Positions 14,715-15,258 of a stretch of DNA of 15,258 bases are shown piece by piece (positions within the stretch are counted from its first letter, which is position 1; every line of letters begins with the position of its first letter). The position numbers were made by a program, and so were the translations under genes. Origin of the DNA: Verrucomicrobiota bacterium (GTDB lineage Bacteria; Verrucomicrobiota; Verrucomicrobiia; Limisphaerales; UBA9464). Under the pieces are notes generated by a model, which made no database searches, was not told the DNA's origin, and worked only from the letters and a program-made list of their open reading frames with translations. The stretch covers positions 1 to 15,258 of the forward strand of contig CANIZL010000126.1 in assembly GCA_947471985.1 (NCBI GenBank). The letters are read 5' to 3'.

Positions 14715-15258
14715 TCGCCGCCCCTCAGGAGTCGACAACCCTGAATGGGTTGAATTGCGACCCCGGAGCCCGAACCGCGGATGGAAGCCTGGATGCAGAT
14801 CAGAAGCGTGGGGCGCAGCCCAACCGGTGCCAACCTCCGTATTCACCCGGCGTAGCGAACGTGCCAGGTTCGCTGTCACCGCCGAAAAGGGAGCCAGCCT
14901 CAGTATCTTGCGCAGGGGATCGGCGCCGGTGATGCAGCGGGCGGCGGAGTGAATTCGGGCGGTGGCCCCGGTCCGGAACGGATATTTCAGACTGCGGTTC
15001 AGGCCGTTTGGCGGGTCACAACGCCGGCGGCGGCACCACCGAGCGGGCGATGGGCAGAGCTCATCCCTTCCGACGCAGAGATTTCGCCGGTTCAGTTTAT
15101 TGCAGGATCGGTTCTTTGAGCCGTCAGCCGATGGCGTCGACGCGGAGGTCGCGTAGGACGCTGATTCCGGGGAGTGGGACGCCTCGGATGGGGCGGGCCC
15201 CATCCTTCCGCTTCGGGCTGAAGCGGTCCCTGTACCGCATGAACTGCTTATCCACGAA

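Noticed and set aside
14691-15203. The 170-aa minus-strand ORF (MGPAPSEASHSPESASYATSASTPSADG...).
   Set aside because: It is S/A/R/P-rich low-complexity sequence with no hydrophobic core or motifs. It spans the 31-nt palindrome (encoding 'GVTRDG'). It is typical of a spurious high-GC frame.
15124-15258. Partial minus-strand ORF entering from the right edge (…FVDKQFMRYRDRFSPKRKDGARPIRGVPLPGISVLRDLRVDAIG, then TGA at about 15124-15126), with strongly G/C-biased third codon positions.
   Set aside because: Only 44 codons are visible with no recognisable family. GC3 bias is weakly discriminating at this GC content, and the alternative frame is also open. It is a plausible 3' end of a gene outside the window but is not supportable as a feature.
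1-15258. CRISPR arrays, tRNA/rRNA genes, transposases, integrases, IS inverted repeats and DGR/retron components.
   Set aside because: There are no regularly spaced direct repeats. No tRNA-like T-arm/acceptor motifs were found. No ORF has a transposase, integrase or reverse-transcriptase signature. The AT-rich left edge is only 160 nt and has no flanking repeat partner visible in the window.

Overview
The window is a high-GC (about 65%) bacterial chromosomal segment whose protein families and heavy secretion bias suggest a PVC-type (Verrucomicrobia/Planctomycetes-like) organism; this is inference, not a database hit. I support nine protein-coding genes, running left to right as follows. (1) A small CxxC...CxxC zinc-ribbon protein. 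(2) A long SPFH/flotillin-like membrane protein with EA-repeat coiled coil, probably co-transcribed with (1). (3) A secreted CRTAC1/ASPIC-UnbV family protein with 7 FG-GAP repeats. (4) A secreted right-handed beta-helix protein and (5) a secreted GxSxG alpha/beta-hydrolase, co-directional on the minus strand and convergent on (3). (6) A large kexin-like S8 subtilase with pro-domain, PA insert, P-domain, two DxDxDG calcium loops and an unusual C-terminal beta domain, divergent from (5). (7-9) On the minus strand, a TesA-like SGNH/GDSL hydrolase, an M28/PA aminopeptidase and an iron-containing alcohol dehydrogenase; the aminopeptidase and dehydrogenase genes share a GTGA start/stop overlap. I found no rRNA, tRNA, CRISPR array or recognisable mobile element. 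Features not explained by the genes are: an AT-richer 5' edge carrying a terminator-like element and a TTGACA-N17-TATTTG promoter-like motif in front of a roughly 280-nt leader; several intergenic hairpins; and a gene-free stretch of about 590 nt (14532-15123) containing a statistically unusual 31-nt near-perfect palindrome. Most long antisense ORFs in the six-frame track are high-GC artefacts shadowing real genes. Coordinates taken from the ORF track are reliable; coordinates for small motifs were counted by eye and may be off by 1-2 nt.
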